Of a stretch of 64,000 bases of DNA, positions 9,483 through 18,400 are shown piece after piece (the stretch's first letter is position 1; each line of letters begins with the position of its first letter). This stretch comes from Acidobacteriota bacterium. Its GTDB lineage: Bacteria; Acidobacteriota; Terriglobia; Versatilivoradales; Versatilivoraceae. The stretch lies in assembly GCA_022616615.1 (NCBI GenBank), contig JAKEER010000111.1, positions 1,478 to 65,477 on the forward strand, given 5' to 3'. The translations under genes and the position numbers were made by a program. Below the pieces are notes generated by a model, which had not been told where the DNA came from, did no database searches, and saw only the letters and a program-made list of their open reading frames with translations.

Positions 9483-10922
9483 ATGCAATTCGGTGGGGTC
9501 TTACTGAACCAAAGAAAACCTAGATTTCAGCCTCGATTCCTAAAATCATTCGCATTTCTGCTTGCTCTCTTCCTCGCTTGCTCTGAGGGAATCTGGGCAA
9601 AGACTCCGGCGTCGTCCTCGCGCGCTGCGACGGAAAGTACGCTCACATCGAACGCCTCATCCAAGAAGAAACTACGGAAAAGCTCCTCACGAAGAAGTAG
9701 ACGGCATCGCCGGCTAAAGATCAGCCGTTCGCTCAAGCCCATGCCACCACTGAGCGAGGCGCCCTTTAGTGCCGATGTGCCCCTGCTCAGTTTGATTGAA
9801 GAAGCCAAATCGCAACTCGAAAAAAAAGCGGTCCGATATTTTGCCGGAAGTGGGAAATCTCCCTCGCGGCGAGACGTGAAACTGGCGCTTGCCCATTTCA
9901 AAACGAGTGAGCTTCAAATACTTTCCGGTGTGGAGCAGGAACGGAAACTAACGTTGGAAGATCCGAGCATCCGGTATGAAGTGGACTGGTGGAACGGGTT
10001 CAACTCCTCGATCAACATTATTGACCCACCTTACAGCGGTGTGGTTGCCATGCTGTACGCCCTCGAACCGGATCGGCAGAGGTTCCTCGGTCAAGACGCC
10101 ATTATCTATACTCCTTACTCCAGCGCTTTGCTTCAAACGGAATTGGTGGAAGCAGGAAAGAACTATCTCATGGAAAAAATCCGCCAGGCGCGTCAGGAGC
10201 TGGGGCGTGTGCCGTCGCGAGCTTTTCCGGGAATGTCTCTCGCTACCGCCCCAGGTTTCAGCGATGAAGACTATTTCAATCTTATTGTGACAGAACAGAT
10301 GGACCCGGGCCGCTTTCGGTCAATTGCGGCGGGCTGCTGGGAGTTCAACGAACAACAGCAGTCGGAATTGAAACGTCTGGCCGAACGGATTCTGGTAATT
10401 ATTGGCGCCAACCAGGAAGATGCTTACAGCTTTACCGGCAATTACGCCAGTGCCCGCGGGCTTACGCAATTTACGCCCATAGGCATGAGTGTTGTGTGGA
10501 GCGGCTATCCGGAGGCGGGCATTCCAAGGGATTTCCGCGAAGCGACGAGTCAACACCTGAACGCGATCAAGGCCGAAATCTGTCTGCTCGATCACGATCT
10601 GGCCGGTCTGGCAACAAGCCATTCAGCTTTGATTGGCTCTCGCATGGAAATGTACGCTGCGGGAGCCGCCTATAACGGAGGGCCAAAGCGTGTGCGTTAC
10701 GGGCTGGAGAATTTCGGCCTGACGTGGCTTCACCCGGTTTCCAGGCTGGCAGAACTAGAAGGTCGGGGCGCCCTGAACGTTTCAGAAAAGAAGGAATACC
10801 TTTGGCTCAAACGCAACCGCTCGCATGAGACCTTCGTTTATTTGAACAAGATTCACGCGATCCAACGTTCCCAAGACAAATTGTCCGCCAACCGCAGCAC
10901 GGTAACGCCGACCGGAAACTAG
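9483..10922 (+). CDS. Secreted or lipoprotein SLT-domain lytic transglycosylase-like protein
   Basis: ATG at 9483 within ORF 9294..10922. Signal peptide with possible lipobox (LALFLAC). Basic Ser/Arg/Lys low-complexity linker. C-terminal SLT-like motifs (ARGLTQFTP, AAYNGGPKRV). Confidence 0.6.
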   Translation: MQFGGVLLNQRKPRFQPRFLKSFAFLLALFLACSEGIWAKTPASSSRAATESTLTSNASSKKKLRKSSSRRSRRHRRLKISRSLKPMPPLSEAPFSADVPLLSLIEEAKSQLEKKAVRYFAGSGKSPSRRDVKLALAHFKTSELQILSGVEQERKLTLEDPSIRYEVDWWNGFNSSINIIDPPYSGVVAMLYALEPDRQRFLGQDAIIYTPYSSALLQTELVEAGKNYLMEKIRQARQELGRVPSRAFPGMSLATAPGFSDEDYFNLIVTEQMDPGRFRSIAAGCWEFNEQQQSELKRLAERILVIIGANQEDAYSFTGNYASARGLTQFTPIGMSVVWSGYPEAGIPRDFREATSQHLNAIKAEICLLDHDLAGLATSHSALIGSRMEMYAAGAAYNGGPKRVRYGLENFGLTWLHPVSRLAELEGRGALNVSEKKEYLWLKRNRSHETFVYLNKIHAIQRSQDKLSANRSTVTPTGN

Positions 10923-11085
10923 CCTGGTTTCTGTCGCGAAACTCGAAGAGCCTTACTGGTTGCCGCCCTCGCGAGATTTCGGCTCCCGTCTCCCCAACGC
11001 GGGAGAGGGGAGCCGAGAATCGCGTTGGGGTTCAACTCCACACCCGTGCTGCCTTCCGACTTTCGCGACAGAAAACTAGCCTAGC
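10918..11085. repeat. Nested imperfect palindrome between convergent genes
   Basis: Outer arms of about 30 nt: CTAGCCTGGTTTCTGTCGCGAAA ... TTTCGCGACAGAAAACTAGCCTAG. Inner hairpin: TTCGGCTCCCGTCTCC [CCAACGCG] GGAGAGGGGAGCCGAGAA. The inner loop (CCCCAACGCG) is complementary to the downstream CGCGTTGGGG. Confidence 0.6.
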
Positions 11086-11207
11086 ATCTGATCTGAACAC
11101 CACATTCCATGTTTCAAGAGTTCGGGCAAACCTGTGCGCTTCCCAAGCGGCCTCAGCCCGCTCGGCGCTCTGATATTAGAAAGCGAAGCCCAAGCGGCCC
11201 AGGCCTC

Positions 11208-14200
11208 TCAGCGATGAACAGGTATGAGATGGCAGACCAGTGTTAGACGCTCCAGGGTAGAGGGGCCGCCATGGGTGAAGACGCTGCCATTCGGACTCAG
11301 GCGAAAGCCATGGTCACCGAACAACAACAGCGGTTGGGCAGGATCGAGTTTTTCCTCCAGTCGTCGGAAGGCGATTTCAAGTTCGGCACAAGCCAACCGG
11401 GTCAATTCTGTGAACGTCGTCTGGCGCCCATGCAGCAGCTTGTCGATCGCGTTTATTTTAATTAAGGGCTTCTTGAACTCGCGGTCCATCAATTCTTGGT
11501 AAAACGAGCTGGTTGATGTCTCATGGGAAACTTGAGCGAAACCTAGTGTAGCGATCTTCCAGGCTGACAGTCCATCCGGCAATGCAGCCTTGAGTGTCCC
11601 CAGTAAGGGAATCCCTAACGCATCGATGGCCAGCCACTGAGCTCCAAGATGAGCGCGGAGCTGTTCACCAAGTTGGCATGGGGTCACAGAAAGCCCGGCA
11701 TTGGCGAGCTGATCGAGATAGGGCAGCCAAAGATCGGGTTTTAGGCGCACGAAGCGCGAGTGTTGCTCATACAGGACCATGATCCGCTGAGCCAGTTCTT
11801 CAGCGGAGGCTGGCGGCAAGTGGTTTAGGAGCTCGGCAGCCGCCGCCACCGGGCCTGAGGCAGGGCATGTTGACGGGAGAGGAATGAGGCCGTCGAGTAT
11901 CATCTGGACGACGCGATCGATCTCGGCTTCAGCCAATCCCAGCGATTCCAGCTTGCCCAGGCTTTCCGGACTGACCCAGGCAGGCTGCATTCGCTCGATC
12001 ATCAGTTGCCTCTCGGCTTGGGAGAGTCCTGGAGGCAGGGGAATGGCTTGCCGCATGACCTGCTCACAACACCAGGCGGCCAATTCCTGTCGGGCTGCAA
12101 GCTCTTCACGCTGGAAACGCAGACGTGGGCCGTAGCGTACGAACCATTCCTCCAGCGTCTTGAGCAGCTCCGCCTTGTCCCACAGTCGGTCTCCCAGAAA
12201 ATCGAGCAGTGCCTTGCCTGGCACGCTTCGAACCAATTCCAAACCCGACAGATGCTGGTCGAGCAGCGCGACATTCTCCACTTTAGGAAACGGCTCCTTG
12301 CCTTCCAGGTAGGAAAGCGTCTCTTCTTGCAACTCGAACTTTTGATCAACCCATTCACGGATCTGCGCCTTCACCTTGTCCTGTTGAAAGAAGACTCTCA
12401 GATCCCGATCTAGTCGCTGCTGGGCCTCTTCGAAACGGCGCAATGTCTCGGCCAGCGGGGCCTGCTGGCCGTCAAAGCGGCACCGGCAGAGGGGCTGAAA
12501 GCCCAGCGAGCTCAAGCCGTTGCAGCGTTCGCTTTTGGCGCGTGACTGCAGTGCATTCAACCCTTCGACTGCTCCTTCCAAACCCAGGTGCCGGCTGCGC
12601 ACGATAGCGGGAAGTTGAAAGCTCCACACAGGGTGCTGCCGCACCTCGCTCCACCACTGGTTATGCCTGTTCGTGTACCACTCTTCATACCGCCAATAGA
12701 GTGCCTGGGCTCGGCTGAGCCATGCTTCTAAAGCCTCCGGTTGACTCAAGGGCGGAGGCGCTTGGAGAGCTTCCAGGGCCACAGAAATCTCCAGATTCGA
12801 ACACTGGGTTATGCAAGGGAAACTCAGTAGATGGCTGAATCTTTGCTTCTCGGAGATGAGCTTCTCAAAGCGCGCCGGTAGCGAGGCCATCTCGCTCGCT
12901 TCAACCAAAAAACGCTGCGGTGAGCCGATCGCGAAGAGAAAATGCTCGAAACCCTGCAGTTCGTGCTCGCCCTTCTCTAGAGCCAGCCACTGGGTAATAA
13001 GCTTTTCGATTTGTTCCGCGAGTTCACCGGTGTCGCCTTGCGATTTAAGCTTCATGAGAAACTGGCTGATGTCTTCTTTTTGCCGGCTGCCGAGCTTGCG
13101 CAATTGTTCGATGGCCCGCTTCTGGGCCAGAACGCTCCACTGCTTGGGAACCGGAATCCGAAACCCTTCACATATCGTTTGCAGGTCGCGAAGTTGGTTC
13201 AGATTGAGTGCGCGGCCCGGAACAATTTGATCGTACTGAAGTGGATTAGGCAGTGTCTCGTAATAGTCCCGGTAGGACTGCGGGCCTTTCACAATATCGA
13301 TCTCTCCCTGGACAAGCAGCGTGAGCAGCAAGAGGTGAATTTGGTCGGGAAGCAGGCCGTAAACTGGCCCACCCAGGTGTTGATAAACGCGGCTAGGCGC
13401 AGGATGGTGTTGCAGAATGGGATTCAGCAGCCGCACGAGCTCGTTATTATCCAGCTTCTGTGCCATCAAATAAGTTACGCCACGCCGTTGCATCAAACCC
13501 AGCGGAACCAGATAGGCTTCCCGAATCAGTCTTACATAGTCGGGAACTTCCTCAGCTGTGATGTCGCCCGAAAGAGCTTGTTGCATAAACTGCCGATAGG
13601 CTTCTTTGGGCAGCGGGCCGTGACTGGGTGCAAAGCGTTCAAATAGGGGGAACGTGTGCCGCAATATCCATTCTCCCAAGGCACCCAACCAGCCTGCTGT
13701 CCCGGCCTGCACGGTGTTGGTGGGAAGCGCCGTTTTGCTGCCCCCGGGAAGGTAGACGCCTGCCTCAAGGTAAGCGCTGCGGATCAGAGAAGCGAACCAG
13801 GAACTGCGGCTTTCGATGCGTTCTTCAATTCGCTTCAGCAGGCGCGCCGGCAGAGGCCGCTCCTTCAATTGCATCAGGGCAGCGAGTTCGAGAACCTCGG
13901 GTGTCAGTTCGAGAGGTTCTGGAACCAGCAGAAAGCAGTGATCGCCGCCAACGGGAGGCCCCCAAGGAATACCAATCTGAAGCCCCAGTTCCTTAGTGTC
14001 GGGCGGCCTGCCGCCGCCCAGGTAAAACTGAATGTCTCGGTCGTGAAAGTGCCAGCGCTGCTTTCGTGTTTGCCAGCGGTCCCGTGACAGGCTGAAGGGA
14101 TTGAATTCGGCTCGCTGCAAGCAAGGCAGCAATCCTTCGAAAATTGCTTCTCCCCGCTGTTTCAGCTCGTCGACCGTACGGTTCAACAGCGGCTCCAGGT

Positions 14201-15497
14201 TTTCGGTGCTATCGTCCTTCAGATCGAGCTGGTAGCGGGTCTCCTTGCGCCTCAGGTAGGCACCCTTCTGCACGAGACTGTCCAGCAGAAGCTTCACAAT
14301 CTCGCGGTTCTTCTGCGGATCGATGCTCGATGCCTTGAAGAGCAGCCACTGGGCTGCCTCTTCCAGCTCCAAGTACTCACGGCGCGGCGAAAGATGAACC
14401 AGAACGAGCAGTTTCAGTAGCTGCCAGGCGAGCTGTTGTTGCTTTTTGTTTTCAAACAACTGAGGAACCCGTTTGCGGAAGAAGGGAAAAACCTTCTGCG
14501 AAATGGCTTGAAACTCGGGTTGAACCTCGAACAGGTCTGCGAAGTGATCCACAATGACGTCGGGTGTGAGTAGGTGGCCGCAGGGCTTTTCAAGGAAGGG
14601 TTCGATCCCACGAGCTGGACTTCCCAGCAACTGGGTGAGCGTGAAATCGACGATGCCACGCGCCTGCGAGAAGCGATCTCGCACCTCCTCGAGCAATTCG
14701 AGAGTCATGGGATGCAGCGGATAGATCTTACAGAAGTCAACAAAGTCGATGCTGCTTTCGGGATAGATAGCCTTCAGATCGCGGGCGAGTTTTTCGACGG
14801 CTGAGGCATAACCAGCTTTCTTGCGCAAGAGCCGGTGCGCAATGAGGTCCTTCACGTGCGTGGGCGTGAGCAGCAGGCGCAGCGGATAGCGATCTTTGAT
14901 CTTGCGGTATAAGTCGTATTCGAGATCGCCTGTGTGCTCGATCTGCTCCTGAAGAGCGGCCAGCACCCAGAAGGGATGCTCCTCGGCCCACTCTCCCAGA
15001 AACTGCAGAAAGCGGATGTCTTCGTTGAAACTCTGCGGCGAAGGCTTCGAGCGTAGAAACTCCGAAAGCTCGTCGATGACTAGCAGCAGCCCACCGCGAT
15101 GCCGCTTCATGACCTCGCGCCAGGCAGCACGCCGATCGGTGCTGCCCGGAGGGACCTGCAGAATCTCTTCCAGGATGGATTCCAGCGACTGAGCTGCTTT
15201 GTAGTTCAGCAACGACAGCGGCACGGTTTCGCGCTGGAGCAGCGCCAGGCGGCCCTGACTCATCTGTTGAGTGAGATAGGCAAGAAAGTGCGACTTGCCC
15301 GATCCGTAGTGCCCGATCAGAAAGATGCCGTTGCCCTTCTGCTTGGAAAATAGATGCTCCAGCGACTTCAGATGCTTTTCGCCATCCTCAGTCAGGTAGT
15401 AGCTGTCGCTGATCCAACCGGCGTCTTTGCCCTGAAGTTGGTCCAGCCGGATAACAGTGGGCTGAGGATGAAGATCAACCAAGTCACGAATCTTCAA
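11208..15497 (-). CDS. Large P-loop NTPase (BrxC/PglY-like N-terminus) fused to a C-terminal PglZ (alkaline-phosphatase-superfamily) domain
   Basis: 1429-aa uninterrupted ORF. Walker A GHYGSGKSH (nt 15291..15314), Walker B LLLVIDE, YPLHP motif. The last ~142 aa (nt 11211..11636) carry the PglZ-type motif series AIDALG, HETSTSS, IDKLLH, FGDHGF, THGGPSTLE. Confidence 0.75.
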   Translation of the reverse strand: MKIRDLVDLHPQPTVIRLDQLQGKDAGWISDSYYLTEDGEKHLKSLEHLFSKQKGNGIFLIGHYGSGKSHFLAYLTQQMSQGRLALLQRETVPLSLLNYKAAQSLESILEEILQVPPGSTDRRAAWREVMKRHRGGLLLVIDELSEFLRSKPSPQSFNEDIRFLQFLGEWAEEHPFWVLAALQEQIEHTGDLEYDLYRKIKDRYPLRLLLTPTHVKDLIAHRLLRKKAGYASAVEKLARDLKAIYPESSIDFVDFCKIYPLHPMTLELLEEVRDRFSQARGIVDFTLTQLLGSPARGIEPFLEKPCGHLLTPDVIVDHFADLFEVQPEFQAISQKVFPFFRKRVPQLFENKKQQQLAWQLLKLLVLVHLSPRREYLELEEAAQWLLFKASSIDPQKNREIVKLLLDSLVQKGAYLRRKETRYQLDLKDDSTENLEPLLNRTVDELKQRGEAIFEGLLPCLQRAEFNPFSLSRDRWQTRKQRWHFHDRDIQFYLGGGRPPDTKELGLQIGIPWGPPVGGDHCFLLVPEPLELTPEVLELAALMQLKERPLPARLLKRIEERIESRSSWFASLIRSAYLEAGVYLPGGSKTALPTNTVQAGTAGWLGALGEWILRHTFPLFERFAPSHGPLPKEAYRQFMQQALSGDITAEEVPDYVRLIREAYLVPLGLMQRRGVTYLMAQKLDNNELVRLLNPILQHHPAPSRVYQHLGGPVYGLLPDQIHLLLLTLLVQGEIDIVKGPQSYRDYYETLPNPLQYDQIVPGRALNLNQLRDLQTICEGFRIPVPKQWSVLAQKRAIEQLRKLGSRQKEDISQFLMKLKSQGDTGELAEQIEKLITQWLALEKGEHELQGFEHFLFAIGSPQRFLVEASEMASLPARFEKLISEKQRFSHLLSFPCITQCSNLEISVALEALQAPPPLSQPEALEAWLSRAQALYWRYEEWYTNRHNQWWSEVRQHPVWSFQLPAIVRSRHLGLEGAVEGLNALQSRAKSERCNGLSSLGFQPLCRCRFDGQQAPLAETLRRFEEAQQRLDRDLRVFFQQDKVKAQIREWVDQKFELQEETLSYLEGKEPFPKVENVALLDQHLSGLELVRSVPGKALLDFLGDRLWDKAELLKTLEEWFVRYGPRLRFQREELAARQELAAWCCEQVMRQAIPLPPGLSQAERQLMIERMQPAWVSPESLGKLESLGLAEAEIDRVVQMILDGLIPLPSTCPASGPVAAAAELLNHLPPASAEELAQRIMVLYEQHSRFVRLKPDLWLPYLDQLANAGLSVTPCQLGEQLRAHLGAQWLAIDALGIPLLGTLKAALPDGLSAWKIATLGFAQVSHETSTSSFYQELMDREFKKPLIKINAIDKLLHGRQTTFTELTRLACAELEIAFRRLEEKLDPAQPLLLFGDHGFRLSPNGSVFTHGGPSTLERLTLVCHLIPVHR

Positions 15498-15686
15498 ACT
15501 GAAACTCCCAGGCGCTCACGACAAAAGCAAAGGTCAAACCAAAGGGAGGAGTGAAAGCCAGAAACGAGGAGAATAAGTCAACCGGGGTACCGTTCTCTGC
15601 CACCTTGCCTTGAGACATCGAAATCCACTCAACGCCCTTGGACTGTTCTCGGCTGACTCTGTGCGATAATCTAACACAAGGCTGCC

Positions 15687-16655
15687 ATGAGTCCGCCAAA
15701 TCCCATCGTTGATGTGCTGCGCCGAAACCTGCGACAGGCACTGCACGGGAACAGCCTGGAGGAGGCGGAAAAGATTCTGCTGCACTTGAGGAAGGAAGAT
15801 CCGCTGAGCCGGGAGACACGGGGCCTCGAGCTGGAGCTCCTTCTTAAGGCACACCGGCTGGGCGAAGCCCAGGCTCTGGCACAGCAGCTGTGCCAGTTGT
15901 TCCCGGATTCGGGACGCATACAGTTGCTAGCCGGCCAGGTGGCTTACCGGCAGAAGCGCTATTCCGAGGCGTTGGCTTGTTTTCACGAGAGCCAGCGCAT
16001 TTATCCGCACTGGCAAACCCAGCAATGGCTGGGCAAGACGCTGACACAGCTGGGGCTTTTCGACCAGGCGGAGTCCTTGTTGCTGGCCGCTCGGGAGCAC
16101 TCGACCCAGGCTTTGCTAGATCTGGGCTGGCTTTATGAGCGGCAGCGCGACTGGTCCGCCGCGGGAAAGTCTTACAACGCCTTTCTGAAAGAGCATCCGG
16201 GTCACAGCTTCGCGACAAACCAGTTGACGCGTGTGAAAGCGAAGCAGCTCGATCCTGAGGCGCTTATCGAGGAAGCCGAGACGCTGGCGGAGTTTGGCCA
16301 GGCACTGCCAGAGGTCCTGTTCGAAGAGTACATCGACTCATTGTTCGCGACGGGTCAGGGACCGGCGGCTCGTGAAGCACTGTTGGCGCGGCTGCCGGCT
16401 CTCGATGCCCGCCAGGGCGTGCGTCTGGCTTGGGTTTGCCATCGTGCCCAGGCCTATGACCTGGCCTGCCGGCTGTTTCTCAGTCACCTGGAAACAAATC
16501 TTAATAACTTCAAGTATCTGGCAGCCTTCGAGTCGTCTGCGCGCAAATGCCATCGCTTGCCCGATGTCCTCGATGCCTATCGTCGCTTGGCTCCCCAAGA
16601 GCGAAAACTTTACGGTCGCATGCGGAGCTTAGCCAGCCGGATGCGGAAGGCATAA
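15687..16655 (+). CDS. TPR-repeat protein
   Basis: 322 aa, all-helical with repeated TPR-like A/L/Y/G patterns (GEAQALAQQL..., YSEALACFHESQRIYPH, WSAAGKSYNAFLKEHPGH). Divergent from the ATPase-PglZ gene. Confidence 0.75.
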   Translation: MSPPNPIVDVLRRNLRQALHGNSLEEAEKILLHLRKEDPLSRETRGLELELLLKAHRLGEAQALAQQLCQLFPDSGRIQLLAGQVAYRQKRYSEALACFHESQRIYPHWQTQQWLGKTLTQLGLFDQAESLLLAAREHSTQALLDLGWLYERQRDWSAAGKSYNAFLKEHPGHSFATNQLTRVKAKQLDPEALIEEAETLAEFGQALPEVLFEEYIDSLFATGQGPAAREALLARLPALDARQGVRLAWVCHRAQAYDLACRLFLSHLETNLNNFKYLAAFESSARKCHRLPDVLDAYRRLAPQERKLYGRMRSLASRMRKA

Positions 16656-17137
16656 GTGCCCTTGCCAAGCACCAGTTCGCCTCCGATCCACTCACCACCG
16701 TGGCCCCATGGTCTGGATCTTTGAACAAAATGTTCTGCCCACCACGTCTGAAAAGCCTGGGAAGAGCTGCTGGCACCTCAGGCGGCCCGGATGCCAAGTT
16801 GTTTCTTGGCTCTTGCTACTTTTCTGCGTTGGGTTCGGAATGGTTCGACGGCTGCGCCAATCTAACTAATCCGGAATGGTTCACAAGCGTTGGGCAGGTC
16901 GGAGCGGCATGCCATCGCCGGGTGTAACTCGAACCGGCTCCCGGCTGGTTTAGGATGTACTAAGACACTATTTCACGGAAACCCGCTTCGGGCGGATCGG
17001 CCACCGCGCTTGAGTGCTGTCTGCAAAGCAATTCCCCTTCAACTTTTCAGTGGATTCAGTCAGGTCAATTAGGTAGCATCTTGCCTTCGTTTTGCAGCAA
17101 ATCGGCCTTTTCCAAGCAAACTTTGCCTAAGGTCCCG

Positions 17138-17461
17138 ATGAACATCGATTTCGCTACCCTTTACCTGATCTCAGTTCCTGGCTTCTTAGTTGGATTGCTG
17201 ACGGGCAGATTTCTGGCTGGGAGCCGCTGGCAATCCATTAAGAAATCGCTGGGTGTGGTAGGCAAGTTGTTGAGCGCCGCAGGTCTGTTGGCTCTTGTGG
17301 GAGCCTCGCTGATCACCCTGGGGATCATGATCGTCTATTTGCGCCACCTTCCTGAAACGGCCAGCCGTACAAACTTTTGGGTGACGCTAGCCGTCGGCTT
17401 GTGGATGTTGATCAACCTCTTCTTTGAGATTCGCGACTTGGGGAAGCGCCGAAATGTTTGA
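17138..17461 (+). CDS. Small multi-pass membrane protein, unknown function
   Basis: ATG at 17138 in ORF 17081..17461. Three or four hydrophobic helices. No family recognised. Confidence 0.45.
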   Translation: MNIDFATLYLISVPGFLVGLLTGRFLAGSRWQSIKKSLGVVGKLLSAAGLLALVGASLITLGIMIVYLRHLPETASRTNFWVTLAVGLWMLINLFFEIRDLGKRRNV

Positions 17462-17638
17462 GGGCCGGAGTATTGCTCGCCTCAAGTCCCTCTGGCCGCG
17501 TCTGGGTCGCGGGGGACCGCGCATGTTGAGCGCCAGCCCCAAATCTCCAGTGTCGCTGCGTACCGAAAGTTTCGTCCAAGAAGGCAAGGCGAACTAGAAA
17601 CACGAAGTATTCTCACAAGCATTGTCTTCACGTTTGAA

Positions 17639-18400
17639 TCAGTTGGCTTCGAATCCCCAGCGCAGTCTCATCTCCCGTTCCAGCCTCGCGAACACCAAAT
17701 AGTCGGTACAGAGTCCGATGGCAATGATCATCAACATCACTGCAAGAACCTGACTCATGTCGTTCAGCTCCCTCCCAACAGTCAGCAGGTTTCCCAAGCC
17801 AACACTTCCGTAGAGTAGTTCTCCTGCCATGAGCGACCGCCAGGCGAAGGACCAGCCTTGCTTCATCCCAGTGATGATTGATGGAAGGGCTGCGGGGATG
17901 ATGACCTCGAAAAGGAGCCTCGGCCCTCGCGCACCCATGTTCTGCCCGGCTTTTATCAGGAGGGGCGGGGCATTCTTGATACCGCTCTCTGTCGCGGTTG
18001 TGATCGAGAGAACTGCGCCCATCACGACCACAAAGATAATGGCAGACTCGTTGAGCCCGAACCAGAGCAGCGCCAGCGGCAGCCAGCAAATGCTAGGCAG
18101 GGTCTGGAGTCCCAGAATCAAGGAACCGAGAGTTTCTGCAATCAACTTGTTGCGGCTGATGCCCAGGCCGAGAAGCACTCCCGCGGTCAAGGAAATGCCA
18201 TAGCCCAGAAGGATTCTCCGCAGGCTGGCCAAGATGCCGAAGATGAAGGTGGTGTCGGCAAAGCCTTCAAACAGAGTCTGGAGGACTTCGCTTGGAGCGG
18301 GAAATAGAAATCTGGGCCACGCCCCCAGTCTAGATGCCGCTTCCCAAATCATGATCGCCAGGACGTAGAACAAACTTTTTCTTGCCAGTCCTCCAATCAT
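17639..18400 (-). CDS. ABC transporter permease, NitT/TauT (nitrate/sulfonate/taurine) family
   Basis: 253 aa, BPD_transp_1-type permease with EAA-like loop (LIKAGQNMGARGPRLLFEVIIPAALP). Overlaps the 3' end of the ATPase gene. Confidence 0.88.
   Translation of the reverse strand: MIGGLARKSLFYVLAIMIWEAASRLGAWPRFLFPAPSEVLQTLFEGFADTTFIFGILASLRRILLGYGISLTAGVLLGLGISRNKLIAETLGSLILGLQTLPSICWLPLALLWFGLNESAIIFVVVMGAVLSITTATESGIKNAPPLLIKAGQNMGARGPRLLFEVIIPAALPSIITGMKQGWSFAWRSLMAGELLYGSVGLGNLLTVGRELNDMSQVLAVMLMIIAIGLCTDYLVFARLEREMRLRWGFEAN

Noticed and set aside
11020-11050. tRNA-like T-arm (GGGGTTCAACTCCAC)
   Set aside because: The T-stem has a mismatch, and I found no matching acceptor stem, D-arm or anticodon arm within 90 nt upstream. 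It is better explained as part of the nested palindrome.
16510-17072. ORFs 16547..16927(+), 16510..16797(-) and 16890..17072(+) in the long gap after the TPR gene
   Set aside because: The translations are Arg/Pro/Gly/Cys-rich without any domain signature. The first overlaps the TPR gene 3' end. The region is treated as non-coding; its direct repeats are noted under the islet finding.
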